A stretch of 32,000 nt of DNA from Candidatus Heimdallarchaeota archaeon (lineage in GTDB: Archaea > Asgardarchaeota > Heimdallarchaeia > JABLTI01), in the NCBI GenBank assembly GCA_030614005.1, contig JAUWKS010000006.1, positions 58,213-90,212 on the forward strand. Reading direction: 5' to 3'. Both the position numbers and the translations under genes were made by a program. Under the pieces are notes generated by a model. It was not told the origin of the DNA. It searched no databases and saw only the letters and a list, made by a program, of their open reading frames with translations. Shown here in pieces: positions 1-9,716 of the stretch (positions within the stretch are counted from its first letter, which is position 1; each line of letters opens with the position of its first letter).

Positions 1-536
1 TTGCTGGTCGTTATGAATGGGCTAGTGGAGAAATTGCTTACGGATACGTTGCAATTAAAGTGATTATGGGGTTTAAACCTATACCAACCAAAATTACTGT
101 TGATAATAAAATCATAAGAGAAACAAATCTTTCAACATTTGCAGTTTCATTAACTGATTGCATCAGTGGTTTTGAATTTATTCCTGGAAATCATCCGAGA
201 CTTGATGATTTTGGAATTATATTCTCTCATAAAAAAGGATTGAAACTTATTAAACTGTTGTTGAAAGCGGTAAGTGGAAATCATTTAAAAAATACTGATG
301 ATTTTGAGATTCTTCGAGGAAAACATGTTATCATTGAAAGTGAAATTCCACACACTTGGGAAAGTGAAGGGGAAATCCCATCAAGAAATGCTACTCGTAT
401 TGAAGTTACCCACATCCCTGATGCTGTTAACCTCATTATTCCAGAAGGGTGGAAATATGGCAAAACTTCAAAAGAAAGAAATAAAGCTAAAAAACGTGTA
501 TTGAAGCATCAACAACCATTTCCAGAGGATGATTAA
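1..536 (+). CDS. Diacylglycerol/sphingosine kinase family (YegS/BmrU-like) lipid kinase, C-terminal part; 5' end outside the window
   Basis: The frame of ORF 60..536 is open back to position 3 (AGRYEWASGEIAYGYVAIKV...). It carries the family's C-terminal motifs: GFEFIPGNHPRLDDFGII (cf. GGGFxIxPxAxLDDG) and WESEGEIPSRNATRIEVTHIPDAVNLIIP (cf. xQxDGE...PxxIEVxPxALxVIVP). The N-terminal GGDGT motif is not in the window. Confidence 0.7.
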   Translation, partial: AGRYEWASGEIAYGYVAIKVIMGFKPIPTKITVDNKIIRETNLSTFAVSLTDCISGFEFIPGNHPRLDDFGIIFSHKKGLKLIKLLLKAVSGNHLKNTDDFEILRGKHVIIESEIPHTWESEGEIPSRNATRIEVTHIPDAVNLIIPEGWKYGKTSKERNKAKKRVLKHQQPFPEDD

Positions 537-537
537 A

Positions 538-2238
538 TTAGGTTAATTTTGAGGAAGTTTTCACTCTTCCTCCCATTATTTCTATTAAGAAAAATGACAA
601 ATAAGACATAACGAGTAATATTGCTCCAACAGCACTTGCTTGACCAAATTGTCTTCCATCTCTTAGTTTGTATAATGCAACTGTTAAGGTAGCTATTGAA
701 TTATCTGATCTATAGAAGAAATTTGCAATGGTAAATTCTCCTATACTCAATCCGACTGCAAAAGCTAATCCTGCAACAAGTGCTGGAATTAGCAAAGGAG
801 CATAGATTTTTCTAAATTTGAACCACCAGTTTGCTCCTAGTGTTTTGGCTGATTCTTCCATTTCAGGATCAATAGCATTTAATCCATTCATTAATGCTCT
901 AGTGACAAATGGATATCCAAGAAGACCGTGACTAATTATAATAAATAACCACGGATAATTAATATAAAACTGTGAATCACCGACAATTCGATAAATACCC
1001 AGAGAAATGGTCATTGCTGATACTGCAAGTGGAAGATAGCTAATCATTTCGTAAGTAACCGATTTTTTCTCTTTTCTATGTTTTCCTAAAACAGCAACAG
1101 TGATAATTGCTAATATTGTTGCAAAACAAGCGCCACCGAAAGCAAAAAGAAAAGTATTCAAAATTGCTTGTGGAATCGAGGTGTTAACATAGTTAATACT
1201 TTCAAGGGAGAATATTCCGGCATAATTTTCAAATGTAAATTGACCTGTATATGACCCAATGAAAGAGTTTACAAGAATGCTGATCATGGGAGCTAATTCT
1301 AATGCCAAACCAGCTAAGAAACAGAAAGCTAGTAACCAACTACTAATTTTGCTAAAGAATTTTTTAAACTCTAATTGTGTTCGTGGGAAAACTGCCGTAG
1401 TAATTGTTTTCTTTTGTTTTGCATTGCGACGCATTAGAAGCAAATAACCAATAACATATGCAACTGTAACAATTAATTGCATAATTGCTAAAGCTGCTGC
1501 AAGATTTGTTTCTCCGGTATAGTAACTCGAGTTAATTTCAACTTCGACACTTCGATAATTACCTGGTGTGCCTAACATTAAGATAATGCCAAAACTCAGA
1601 AAACAAAAATTGAACGTGAGCATTGCTGCAGTTAAAATTGGCTGCAAAAATAATGGCAAATAGACTCTAAAAAAAGAATGGATGGAATTGCTCTTCATTG
1701 TTTTTGCAGCATCAATAAGGTCGCGGTCGAAATTACGGTAATAAGCAACAAAATAATGGATAACTAATGGAATGTTATAGAATGCATGAGCCAAGATAAT
1801 GGAAAGTAGTGGGATGCCAAACAAACCATTTTCAGAAAAGATATTCAAGAAACCCATTCCTACTAACACAGAAGGGAGAACAAATGGAACAGTGAAAATT
1901 GCAAGAAGGACCTTTCTCCCTGTAAATTCATACTTTCCGAAGAAATAGCCTAATGGAATGCCAATCAAAAGTGATGCAATTGTACTAAGTAAAGCTTGAG
2001 AAAGAGTAAATGCAAATAATTTGTAATAATAACCATTTGAGAAGACTTCTCCTAGATATTGTAAGGTAAAACCAGAATCATCTACAAAACCAAAAACTAG
2101 AACGGAAAAAACTGGGAATAGAAGAAATAGTGCAATAAGCAAAACTGGTGTTAGAAAACCTAATACTCTAACAATTTTCTTACCAGAATATTCAATCGCC
2201 ATCCATTTTTCACCTGTTAGTAAAATACTATAACCCAT
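538..2238 (-). CDS. ABC importer permease with two fused TM domains, ThiP/FbpB (thiamine/Fe3+) type
   Basis: 566 aa with about 12 hydrophobic segments, two EAA loops (DRDLIDAAKTMKS, DPEMEESAKTLGA), and PFVLPS and IILAHAFYNIPLV motifs typical of ThiP-like permeases. Confidence 0.9.
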   Translation of the reverse strand: MGYSILLTGEKWMAIEYSGKKIVRVLGFLTPVLLIALFLLFPVFSVLVFGFVDDSGFTLQYLGEVFSNGYYYKLFAFTLSQALLSTIASLLIGIPLGYFFGKYEFTGRKVLLAIFTVPFVLPSVLVGMGFLNIFSENGLFGIPLLSIILAHAFYNIPLVIHYFVAYYRNFDRDLIDAAKTMKSNSIHSFFRVYLPLFLQPILTAAMLTFNFCFLSFGIILMLGTPGNYRSVEVEINSSYYTGETNLAAALAIMQLIVTVAYVIGYLLLMRRNAKQKKTITTAVFPRTQLEFKKFFSKISSWLLAFCFLAGLALELAPMISILVNSFIGSYTGQFTFENYAGIFSLESINYVNTSIPQAILNTFLFAFGGACFATILAIITVAVLGKHRKEKKSVTYEMISYLPLAVSAMTISLGIYRIVGDSQFYINYPWLFIIISHGLLGYPFVTRALMNGLNAIDPEMEESAKTLGANWWFKFRKIYAPLLIPALVAGLAFAVGLSIGEFTIANFFYRSDNSIATLTVALYKLRDGRQFGQASAVGAILLVMSYLSFFLIEIMGGRVKTSSKLT

Positions 2239-2437
2239 TTATATAAGTCCATTATAAAATAGTTTAGTCATTACAGAAGAATAAAAATTTATTGACTTGT
2301 ATTTACAAGCTAAAAGAGTAATGTGAATTCCAAGCAATTTCAAAGATTTTTGATAGACTTTAATACGAGGAAAATAATCTTTACCAAAAATTTCGAATGA
2401 AATAATAAGTAAAAATTAAAAAAAGAGAGAATAATGT

Positions 2438-3349
2438 TCATTCCAATGGGTGAATGAAAGAATCGAAATCAACAATAGTATCAAAATTTACAATAGCTTT
2501 GCCTGGAATAAAGAGCATTTCAAATTCCTTGTAATCCCCAAGCTCAGGATATAATTCTAGTAAATCAAACAGAATACTTCTAGTAACATTTTCAGAAGAT
2601 CTGGATAACCGTGCTAATGTATTCAAATTTACTGTTTCTCCAAGTTTGAGGTCTTTGAAAATAATTTTAAAAGATAGTACAACATTAGATCGAACAAAGT
2701 GTTCAATTGAATCAAAGCCAAGGAGACGGTACAATACTTTCATTGTATAAGCTCCTTTTCTTTGTATGTATGAATAAGAAGTTTGACCATATGTCTGTGG
2801 AATGTCATATTCATAATAATACGCTTTCTGCAAATTCAGGATTGCGTTAAACAAATAATCATACATTTGTTTCTGTTCTTCAGTAGTTTGGTATTTTTTC
2901 AAATATTTGATATATTCAGAATTACAAATCCCATTATTGAAATCTTCTTCCAACTTAATGCATAATTGATTCATTGTTTTTACTGGTGCAGTTTCAAATA
3001 GAATCAAAAAGGCGTATTCTTTTAGACTACTACGATAGTTAACACTCTTTTGATCAGCAAATAGAATGTCTTGCAAATCTACTAAATCACTTTTTTCTAT
3101 AATTGACATTATTTCACTATATTTCTTCTTGGAAGAATTGTTGATGGCAAGTATAATTAATAGAGGTATCATAGTGCCTATTGTAACTAATCCAATAAAT
3201 ACCGGATAAATTATTAGAAAACCCAAAAAACCCCACAATAGAGATAGTGTTAATATTATTATTCCATAAATAGTTGAAAGGAATGTTATCGCTTGCCTGA
3301 GTGATTTTTGTTTTCTATTCGCTTCACTTTCAAAAAGGGTTGTTTTCAA
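2438..3349 (-). CDS. Hypothetical membrane-anchored protein (2 N-terminal TM helices, cytoplasmic domain with a possible C-terminal winged helix)
   Basis: 303-aa ORF with TTG start. Two hydrophobic helices at about aa 21-70. The C-terminal pattern LKLGETVNLNTLARLSRSSENVTRSILFDLLELYPELGDY...LFI resembles a wHTH/PCI-like module. Confidence 0.65.
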   Translation of the reverse strand: MKTTLFESEANRKQKSLRQAITFLSTIYGIIILTLSLLWGFLGFLIIYPVFIGLVTIGTMIPLLIILAINNSSKKKYSEIMSIIEKSDLVDLQDILFADQKSVNYRSSLKEYAFLILFETAPVKTMNQLCIKLEEDFNNGICNSEYIKYLKKYQTTEEQKQMYDYLFNAILNLQKAYYYEYDIPQTYGQTSYSYIQRKGAYTMKVLYRLLGFDSIEHFVRSNVVLSFKIIFKDLKLGETVNLNTLARLSRSSENVTRSILFDLLELYPELGDYKEFEMLFIPGKAIVNFDTIVDFDSFIHPLE

Positions 3350-3514
3350 TTTAGCTCTCTCAATGATTAAAAGGATTTTTCTCTTTTTAAATATTTAGAA
3401 TTCTAAATTGTTGTTTTTAATTTATTGAACCGAATAAGAACACTAAAGTTTAAAGAATACAAATGTTAAAATGAGTGGCAAATATTAAGAATTAAGCTCA
3501 AAAAGGTTAGAATT

Positions 3515-4576
3515 ATGCCATCAATTGAAGTAAAAAACATCTCGAAAAAGTTCGAGGATTCAATAGCAATTCAGGATATTAGCTTCAAATTAGAAGAAGG
3601 CAAATTACTCACTTTGTTAGGGCCAAGTGGAAGTGGAAAAACAACTATCCTTCGACTAATTGCTGGGCTAATCGAACTTGATACTGGGGAGATATATTTC
3701 GATAGTATTGATGTAGCGAAAGTACCTACTGAGGAACGAAATATTGGCTTTGTTTTCCAATCCTATGCTCTTTTTCCCCACTTGCCAGTCTCTGAGAACA
3801 TTGCCTTTGGTCTTGAAACAAGGAAATGGGCAAAAGAGGATATAATAATTAAAGTAAAAGAAATGCTAGCTTTAGTTGGACTCACAGGTAAAGGAAGAAG
3901 ATACCCTCGAGAGCTGAGTGGAGGAGAAAAATCCCGAGTAGCACTAGCTCGTGCTTTAGCACCGAACCCCTCTCTCCTTTTATTAGATGAACCACTATCT
4001 GCTTTAGATATGTCACTAAAAGAGAGTCTGAGAAAAACAATAAGAGATATTCAGCAAAAAATTGGTGTTTCAACTATCTATGTAACTCACGATCAAGCCG
4101 AAGCAATGGAAATTTCAGATCAAATTTTAGTTCTTAATCATGGTCAAATTGTTGAGAGTGGGTCACCACAAGAATTGTACTTGACACCGAGGAAGAAATT
4201 CACTGCAGAATTTTTTGGCGTAACAAATATTTTGACTGGAAAAGTGATTACAAAGTATGAACGCTTTTACTTGGACCACCCTTTAGGATGTATTCTCTTG
4301 CCAAAAAATTGCCCTTCAAAAATCGACGAAAAAATAACTATCGCAATTTTCCCACAACATATTATTCTCTCTAACAAAACTCAAAAGTTAGACAATGAAT
4401 TTCCCGCTATCGTTGTTAGTTCTTCTTTTGGAGGGTCCATCGTTTCCGTAACTGTCGAAGTTAAAGGTTTTCCAATAGAAATTCATTTTACAAGTTCTCG
4501 AACAAAAAGTAAATTCACAGAAGGAGAAAAGATTTACCTTTCTATTCCTGAATCTTCAATTCTCTTTCTTGAATAG
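3515..4576 (+). CDS. ABC importer ATP-binding subunit (PotA/FbpC/ThiQ-like) with C-terminal TOBE domain
   Basis: Walker A GPSGSGKTT, Q-loop VFQSYALFPHL, signature LSGGE, Walker B LLLDEP, H-loop VTHD, beta-rich C-terminal extension. Confidence 0.95.
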   Translation: MPSIEVKNISKKFEDSIAIQDISFKLEEGKLLTLLGPSGSGKTTILRLIAGLIELDTGEIYFDSIDVAKVPTEERNIGFVFQSYALFPHLPVSENIAFGLETRKWAKEDIIIKVKEMLALVGLTGKGRRYPRELSGGEKSRVALARALAPNPSLLLLDEPLSALDMSLKESLRKTIRDIQQKIGVSTIYVTHDQAEAMEISDQILVLNHGQIVESGSPQELYLTPRKKFTAEFFGVTNILTGKVITKYERFYLDHPLGCILLPKNCPSKIDEKITIAIFPQHIILSNKTQKLDNEFPAIVVSSSFGGSIVSVTVEVKGFPIEIHFTSSRTKSKFTEGEKIYLSIPESSILFLE

Positions 4577-4643
4577 AAATAAAATAAATAAGAAATAGAA
4601 GTAGGTGGATAGAAACCAACCACTTAATAATCAAACATTTAAC

Positions 4644-4931
4644 TTACAATCTAAATAATTGCAAAGCTTCGATTTCACTTACACCTTCTACTTTCTCTAA
4701 AATTGATTCAAGGTGATCTTGTAAACCGTCTTGTTCTTCAAAGTTGATATCAACAACTAGTGCTACCATGCCAAAAGCAATTGGTCTTTCACCGGAAGCA
4801 GTAACTTTCATATCTTCAGGTAATGCTTTAATTATTCTTTCTTTTATTGTTGCTGGTTTTATGCTGACATCTTCTGGTAAAATTTTATATGTGCCTACTA
4901 TTCTGGTACTCTTTTTTGTCATTTCTTTCAT
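4644..4931 (-). CDS. ef1b: Archaeal translation elongation factor 1-beta
   Basis: YKILPED...RPIAFGMVALVVD...DHLESILEKVEGVSEIE matches the aEF-1beta pattern. The true start may be the ATG at 4922. Confidence 0.92.
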   Translation of the reverse strand: MKEMTKKSTRIVGTYKILPEDVSIKPATIKERIIKALPEDMKVTASGERPIAFGMVALVVDINFEEQDGLQDHLESILEKVEGVSEIEALQLFRL

Positions 4932-5018
4932 CTCGTATTTTTTTTAAGTAAATGATTTTTAATTATCTAAGTTTTTTGGGCTAGTATTTGCTTTTTCTTC
5001 TTTTCGGTTAGGTTGAGA

Positions 5019-8000
5019 TTACTTCTTATTTTCTAGTGGAACAATCGTTAGTGTTATTTTTGTTCCGTCTATATCCCAATCTGATGAAACACCATCTTTC
5101 TTTGAACCTGCTTTGATTACTGTAGACAATGTTTCTGTTTTAATATAATCTACCCACTTATTCATAGCATCAGTAATTTTCTCATCACCTTTGAAGTAAA
5201 GTTCAATATTTTGTGTATATTCAAGGTCTGCTTCTTTTCTCATAGTTTGGATTCGACGAACAATATCTCGGACAAGTCCTTCTTGGATTAGCTTTGCCGT
5301 TAACTTTGTTTTAATGAAAATTTGTCCACCATCAAAAGAAGCATCTGCATATCCTTCTTTACCACTAGAAATTATGTCCAAATATTCTTCACTAACATCA
5401 AATTCTCCATCCTCTGTTTCAAGTTTGAAGGAATGTTTTTCTTTTAATTTAGTAACTGCTTTCTGAGCTTTTTCGCCTGAAAGATTTTTAATTGCATCTC
5501 CGACAACTGGAGCATTTTGCTTAAAAGCAGGTCCCAGTAGTTTGAATTTTGGTTTTAATTGATAATTGACCATTTCCGAAAGCTCTTCTTGGAAGGTAAT
5601 CTTTTTTACATTGAGTTCTTCTTTGATTTCAATTAAAAATTGTTTAGCCATATTTTGATGAGCTTCAGGACAAACAATAATTAACTCTTGTAAAGGTAAC
5701 CTTATTTTTATGTTGGCTTTTCCTCTTGCTGCTCTTCCTGCTTCAACTATAGCAATGGAATAATCCATAGCTTCCTCAAGATGGGGGTTGATTACTTTAG
5801 GATTTTTCTTTGGAAATGCTTCATAATGAACACTCAACATTTCTTTCTTCTTCTTACCTTTCTCCAATCTTCTAACTAGGTTTTGATATAATTCCTCAGC
5901 AACAAATGGGATAAATGGAGCAGTAATCTTTGTTATCGTTACAAGAGTTTCATACAATGTAGCTAGAGCATCTTTTTTATCCTTAGTAATTTCTGTGTTC
6001 CAAAATCTTCTTCGTGATCTTCTGATATACCAATTGCTCAAATCTTCAACAATGAATCTATCAATTGCTGCAGCTGCTTTGTGTGATTGGAATTCATCTA
6101 AGTTTTCACTTACAATAACAATTAAAGAATTCAATTTAGAGATTAACCATTGATCTAAAACTGATCTCTCATCTAATTTACTCTCAATAGTTCTTGGATC
6201 AATACTATCAATATTGATATTTGTTACAAAGAAGGAATAAACGTTCCAGAGAGTGTTGAAAAATCTTCGTTTTGTATCTTCGATAACTTCATTTGAGAAG
6301 CGAGTAGGGTTCCAAACTGGTGAAGAAAAGAAATACCACCTCATTGGATCTGCCCCCAAAGTATCATAAACTGAAGAAGGATTCACAACATTTCCAATAT
6401 GTTTACTCATTTTGATTCCTTTTTTGTCAAGAACATGTCCCATGGTTAAGCAATTAAGATAAGCTGGTTTGTTGAAAACTGCTGTGCTAATTGCTAATAA
6501 AGTATAGAACCATCCCCTGGTTTGATCAATAGCTTCTGTAATAAAATCTATAGGATAATGCTCTTCGAATTTCTCTTTATTCTCGAATGGATAATGCCAT
6601 TGAGCAAATTGAGAAGCACCAGATTCATACCAGCAATCAATAACGAAGGGTTCTCTCTTCATCTTTTTGCTACATTTGGGACAGAACAAGTCAATTTCAT
6701 CTATCCATGGTTGATGTAACTCAAAATCTTCTGGAAGCTCTTTTTTCATATACGATTTTAATTCATCTATTCCACCAATACAAACTGTGTTATCACAAGA
6801 ACACACCCAAATTGGCAAAGGTGACCCCCAGAAACGTTCACGACTGAGAGCCCAATCAACAATATTATCTAAGAAGTCACCGAAACGACCATGTTTCAAA
6901 TGAGCTGGAACCCAGTTGATTTGTTCGTTTGTGGCTAGAATTTGTTCGCGCAATGTACTCATTCTAATTAACCAAGCTTCTCGAGCATAATACATAGTTG
7001 GTGTTTTGCATCTCCAGCAAAAACCACTGGTATGCCTTGCTGTTTTTTCTGTTATTAAACGCTCGTCATCTCTAAGAGCTTTAATGATTTTTTTATCTGC
7101 ATCTTTGATGAACATTCCAGCCCAAGGAGTAATTTCTTCAGTAAAGGTTCCATTAGTTTTGACTGGTTGTAAGAATGGAAGATTTTTTTGTAACGCTAAC
7201 TCATAATCATCAGGACCAAAGGCAGGTGCTGTATGAACAATTCCAGTTCCATCTTCTGTACTAACAAAATCAGCAGTAACTACTCTAAACCCTTTCTTTG
7301 CTTCTTTTGCAGGAAGTTTTGCATATGGGATTAATTGTTCATATCGCATTTCTTCCAAATCTTTTCCTTTCATTTTTTCTAGTACTTTATACTCCTTGTC
7401 AGGAAACACTGCAGCAAGTCTATCTTTTGCGAGAATATACTTTTCATTTCCACGCTGGATTTTGACATAGTTGATATCTTTACCAACAGCGAGACCAACA
7501 TTGGAAATTAGTGTCCACGGAGTTGTTGTCCACGCTAACAAGAAGGTATTTTCTTCTCCTGCTTTAGTAAACTTAACAGTAATTGATGGATCACTTGTCT
7601 CCTTCAACCCTTGTGAATATTCATGACTACTGAGAGTTACTTCACATCTCGGACACGATGGTATTACTTTGTATCCTTTAATCAGGAGGCCTTTATCCCA
7701 TAAATCTTTCAAACTCCACCAAACTGATTCGATATAGTTATCTTCCATAGTTATGTAAGCATTTTCCATATCAATCCAGAAACCAACTCGTTTGGTCATC
7801 TCTTCCCAGTCGTGTACGTATTTCATAACTGATTTTCTACATCTTTGATTGAATTTTTTGATCCCGTAATCAACAATTTCAGTTTTGGAATTTAACCCTA
7901 ATTCTTTCTCAATTTCAATTTCTACTGGTAGTCCATGACAATCCCATCCTCCAATAAGAGGAGAGACAAAATAACCATTCATAGTTTTATAACGTATATA

Positions 8001-8207
8001 GAGATCTTTCAAACATCTAGTTAAAACATGTCCGACATGAGGTAACCCATTTGCAGTAGGAGGTCCTTCTAAGAAAATGAATTTTTCCTTCTCCTTTCGG
8101 TTATCTCTTAATTTATGATAAACATCTTCTTTTTTCCAGAATTTGAGAATTTTCTTTTCGATTTTTGGAAATTCAACGAATGTTTTTACTTCTTTGAAGA
8201 CAGCCAT
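5019..8207 (-). CDS. ileS: Isoleucine--tRNA ligase (type 2)
   Basis: GPPTANGLPHVGH (HIGH), WTTTPWT and GTGIVHTAPAFGPDD (editing domain), DWALSRERFWG, DQTRGWF, KMSKH (KMSKS), NWYIRRSRRRFW, and the type-2 C-terminal EGLVRDIVRRIQTMRK. Confidence 0.97.
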   Translation of the reverse strand: MAVFKEVKTFVEFPKIEKKILKFWKKEDVYHKLRDNRKEKEKFIFLEGPPTANGLPHVGHVLTRCLKDLYIRYKTMNGYFVSPLIGGWDCHGLPVEIEIEKELGLNSKTEIVDYGIKKFNQRCRKSVMKYVHDWEEMTKRVGFWIDMENAYITMEDNYIESVWWSLKDLWDKGLLIKGYKVIPSCPRCEVTLSSHEYSQGLKETSDPSITVKFTKAGEENTFLLAWTTTPWTLISNVGLAVGKDINYVKIQRGNEKYILAKDRLAAVFPDKEYKVLEKMKGKDLEEMRYEQLIPYAKLPAKEAKKGFRVVTADFVSTEDGTGIVHTAPAFGPDDYELALQKNLPFLQPVKTNGTFTEEITPWAGMFIKDADKKIIKALRDDERLITEKTARHTSGFCWRCKTPTMYYAREAWLIRMSTLREQILATNEQINWVPAHLKHGRFGDFLDNIVDWALSRERFWGSPLPIWVCSCDNTVCIGGIDELKSYMKKELPEDFELHQPWIDEIDLFCPKCSKKMKREPFVIDCWYESGASQFAQWHYPFENKEKFEEHYPIDFITEAIDQTRGWFYTLLAISTAVFNKPAYLNCLTMGHVLDKKGIKMSKHIGNVVNPSSVYDTLGADPMRWYFFSSPVWNPTRFSNEVIEDTKRRFFNTLWNVYSFFVTNINIDSIDPRTIESKLDERSVLDQWLISKLNSLIVIVSENLDEFQSHKAAAAIDRFIVEDLSNWYIRRSRRRFWNTEITKDKKDALATLYETLVTITKITAPFIPFVAEELYQNLVRRLEKGKKKKEMLSVHYEAFPKKNPKVINPHLEEAMDYSIAIVEAGRAARGKANIKIRLPLQELIIVCPEAHQNMAKQFLIEIKEELNVKKITFQEELSEMVNYQLKPKFKLLGPAFKQNAPVVGDAIKNLSGEKAQKAVTKLKEKHSFKLETEDGEFDVSEEYLDIISSGKEGYADASFDGGQIFIKTKLTAKLIQEGLVRDIVRRIQTMRKEADLEYTQNIELYFKGDEKITDAMNKWVDYIKTETLSTVIKAGSKKDGVSSDWDIDGTKITLTIVPLENKK

Positions 8208-8426
8208 AGTTTATTGACCTCAATTTAAAATGAATTGCAATGTAAATTTCTGTTATTTCTAGTTTTTGAAAAACTCTCTCGTCATTTTAAAGGTTTTTTG
8301 ATATTATGATTTTCTACTAAACAGTGAAAACACTCTTCTTATTTGTACTTTTGACTTAAAGTAAGTATCATTAGACTTGCAATATAATCGAAAGTGTTAT
8401 TTGTAGTATGAACATATAATTAGTTT

Positions 8427-8756
8427 ATGCCAGAAGAAAACAATCAGATACCGGTTGATGAACTTTCTACAGAAGAAGATGAAATAACGATTCAAGAGTT
8501 TGATGAAGAAAATATGCTTATCGAAGAAGAAATTTTTGTGGATTCACCAAGAAAATTCACATTTCGCTCCTTTCTCAAGATGAGCGGCATAACAATCATT
8601 TTCCTATTAGTCTCTGCAATAATTATGCTTGTTGGCTTGATTGTATTCTATTATACCATCGCTGATCCTGTAAAAAATGTTGGTTTCTGGTTGATCATTG
8701 CAGGAGTAATTGTTTTTCTTCTGACAATTATTTTCGGATTTGAAAGAATAGAATAG
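8427..8756 (+). CDS. Hypothetical small membrane protein with acidic N-terminus and 2 TM helices
   Basis: 109 aa. The first ~40 aa are very Glu/Asp-rich, followed by two hydrophobic stretches. Confidence 0.7.
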   Translation: MPEENNQIPVDELSTEEDEITIQEFDEENMLIEEEIFVDSPRKFTFRSFLKMSGITIIFLLVSAIIMLVGLIVFYYTIADPVKNVGFWLIIAGVIVFLLTIIFGFERIE

Positions 8757-8775
8757 CAACAGATTCATGAATTTT

Positions 8776-8994
8776 CTATTTATTATAATCCTTTTCAGAC
8801 CAAGACGAGAGTCTAATTTGTTCACTTTTACATTTGGGACAAACAGTTCTCTGGAAAATAATGCCATCTTCTTCTTTTTGGATATATTCCGCTTCCGCGA
8901 AGCGATGTCCACAATCATTACAAATATACACATCTGGTCGCCATACATCTGCTTGTTCTTTTTTCTTGGGCAAATTTTTCACCTTTAGGATCAA
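8776..8994 (-). CDS. Small Cys4 zinc-ribbon protein
   Basis: 72 aa with YICNDCGHRF...TVCPKCKSEQI (two CxxC pairs). Confidence 0.75.
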   Translation of the reverse strand: MILKVKNLPKKKEQADVWRPDVYICNDCGHRFAEAEYIQKEEDGIIFQRTVCPKCKSEQIRLSSWSEKDYNK

Positions 8995-9182
8995 TGATAT
9001 ACACTAGTATTAGTGTTTCATTTAAAATATAACATATTACTATAAAATAAGATTATCCTATTAATATTTAATCACTAAGAAAAACAAAACTTTAATAATG
9101 AACATATTTTTAAAACAAGAAAGAATTGAAAAAGTAGTTCAAAGAGCTTTATCAGTAAGCTGTTCGGAGTTGCTCAAATACA

Positions 9183-9611
9183 ATGTCATCATTATGGAGA
9201 AATAAAACTAATAGAACAATATTGATTTCATCAATATTTCTAGCGCTTGCTTTAGCCTTAATTATTTTCATAGCTGTTTACGATGTAGAGAATAAACCAT
9301 TAACTGGTTTAATGTGGTTATTTAGTGATGCTGGTGCAATAATAATTGTTGGACTATTGTTCTGGATAATATATTTCGGTCTTTTACTCCTCGTTGGAAG
9401 TATCCGCGAAAAGATGGATGCGCTCCCAGGTTGGACTGAAGTAATCATTTGTGCACTCATTACATTATTACCTGCAATATTCCTTGGCAATTTAGACAAC
9501 TTTTGGAAACCTTGGATTGTTTTTGGTATTGCTGCTTTAGGTGTAATTCTAATTTCACTATGGTTCTTAATGAGTTCAACACCAAGAGAAGAAACATCCG
9601 CAAAATCATAA
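9183..9611 (+). CDS. Hypothetical 4-TM membrane protein
   Basis: 142 aa with four hydrophobic segments, followed by a terminator-like hairpin. Confidence 0.75.
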   Translation: MSSLWRNKTNRTILISSIFLALALALIIFIAVYDVENKPLTGLMWLFSDAGAIIIVGLLFWIIYFGLLLLVGSIREKMDALPGWTEVIICALITLLPAIFLGNLDNFWKPWIVFGIAALGVILISLWFLMSSTPREETSAKS

Positions 9612-9637
9612 GAGATTCACTTTTGAATCTTTTTTTT
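9610..9637 (+). terminator. Hairpin plus T-tract, probable terminator of 9183..9611
   Basis: AGATTCA (9613-9619) pairs with TGAATCT (9624-9630). The stem extends to 9610-9633 with one G-U pair and is followed by a T run. Confidence 0.6.
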
Positions 9638-9716
9638 ACTATTTTTAATATTGGCAAGTACCTATCATACGTAATTCCTTTGTTTCTATTCACTCTTTAG
9701 GTAAAATTTATTTACT

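Noticed and set aside
8020-8060. Mupirocin hyper-resistance signature in ileS
   Set aside because: The motif reads HVGH, an ordinary HIGH variant, not the altered GxHH/ALHH form.
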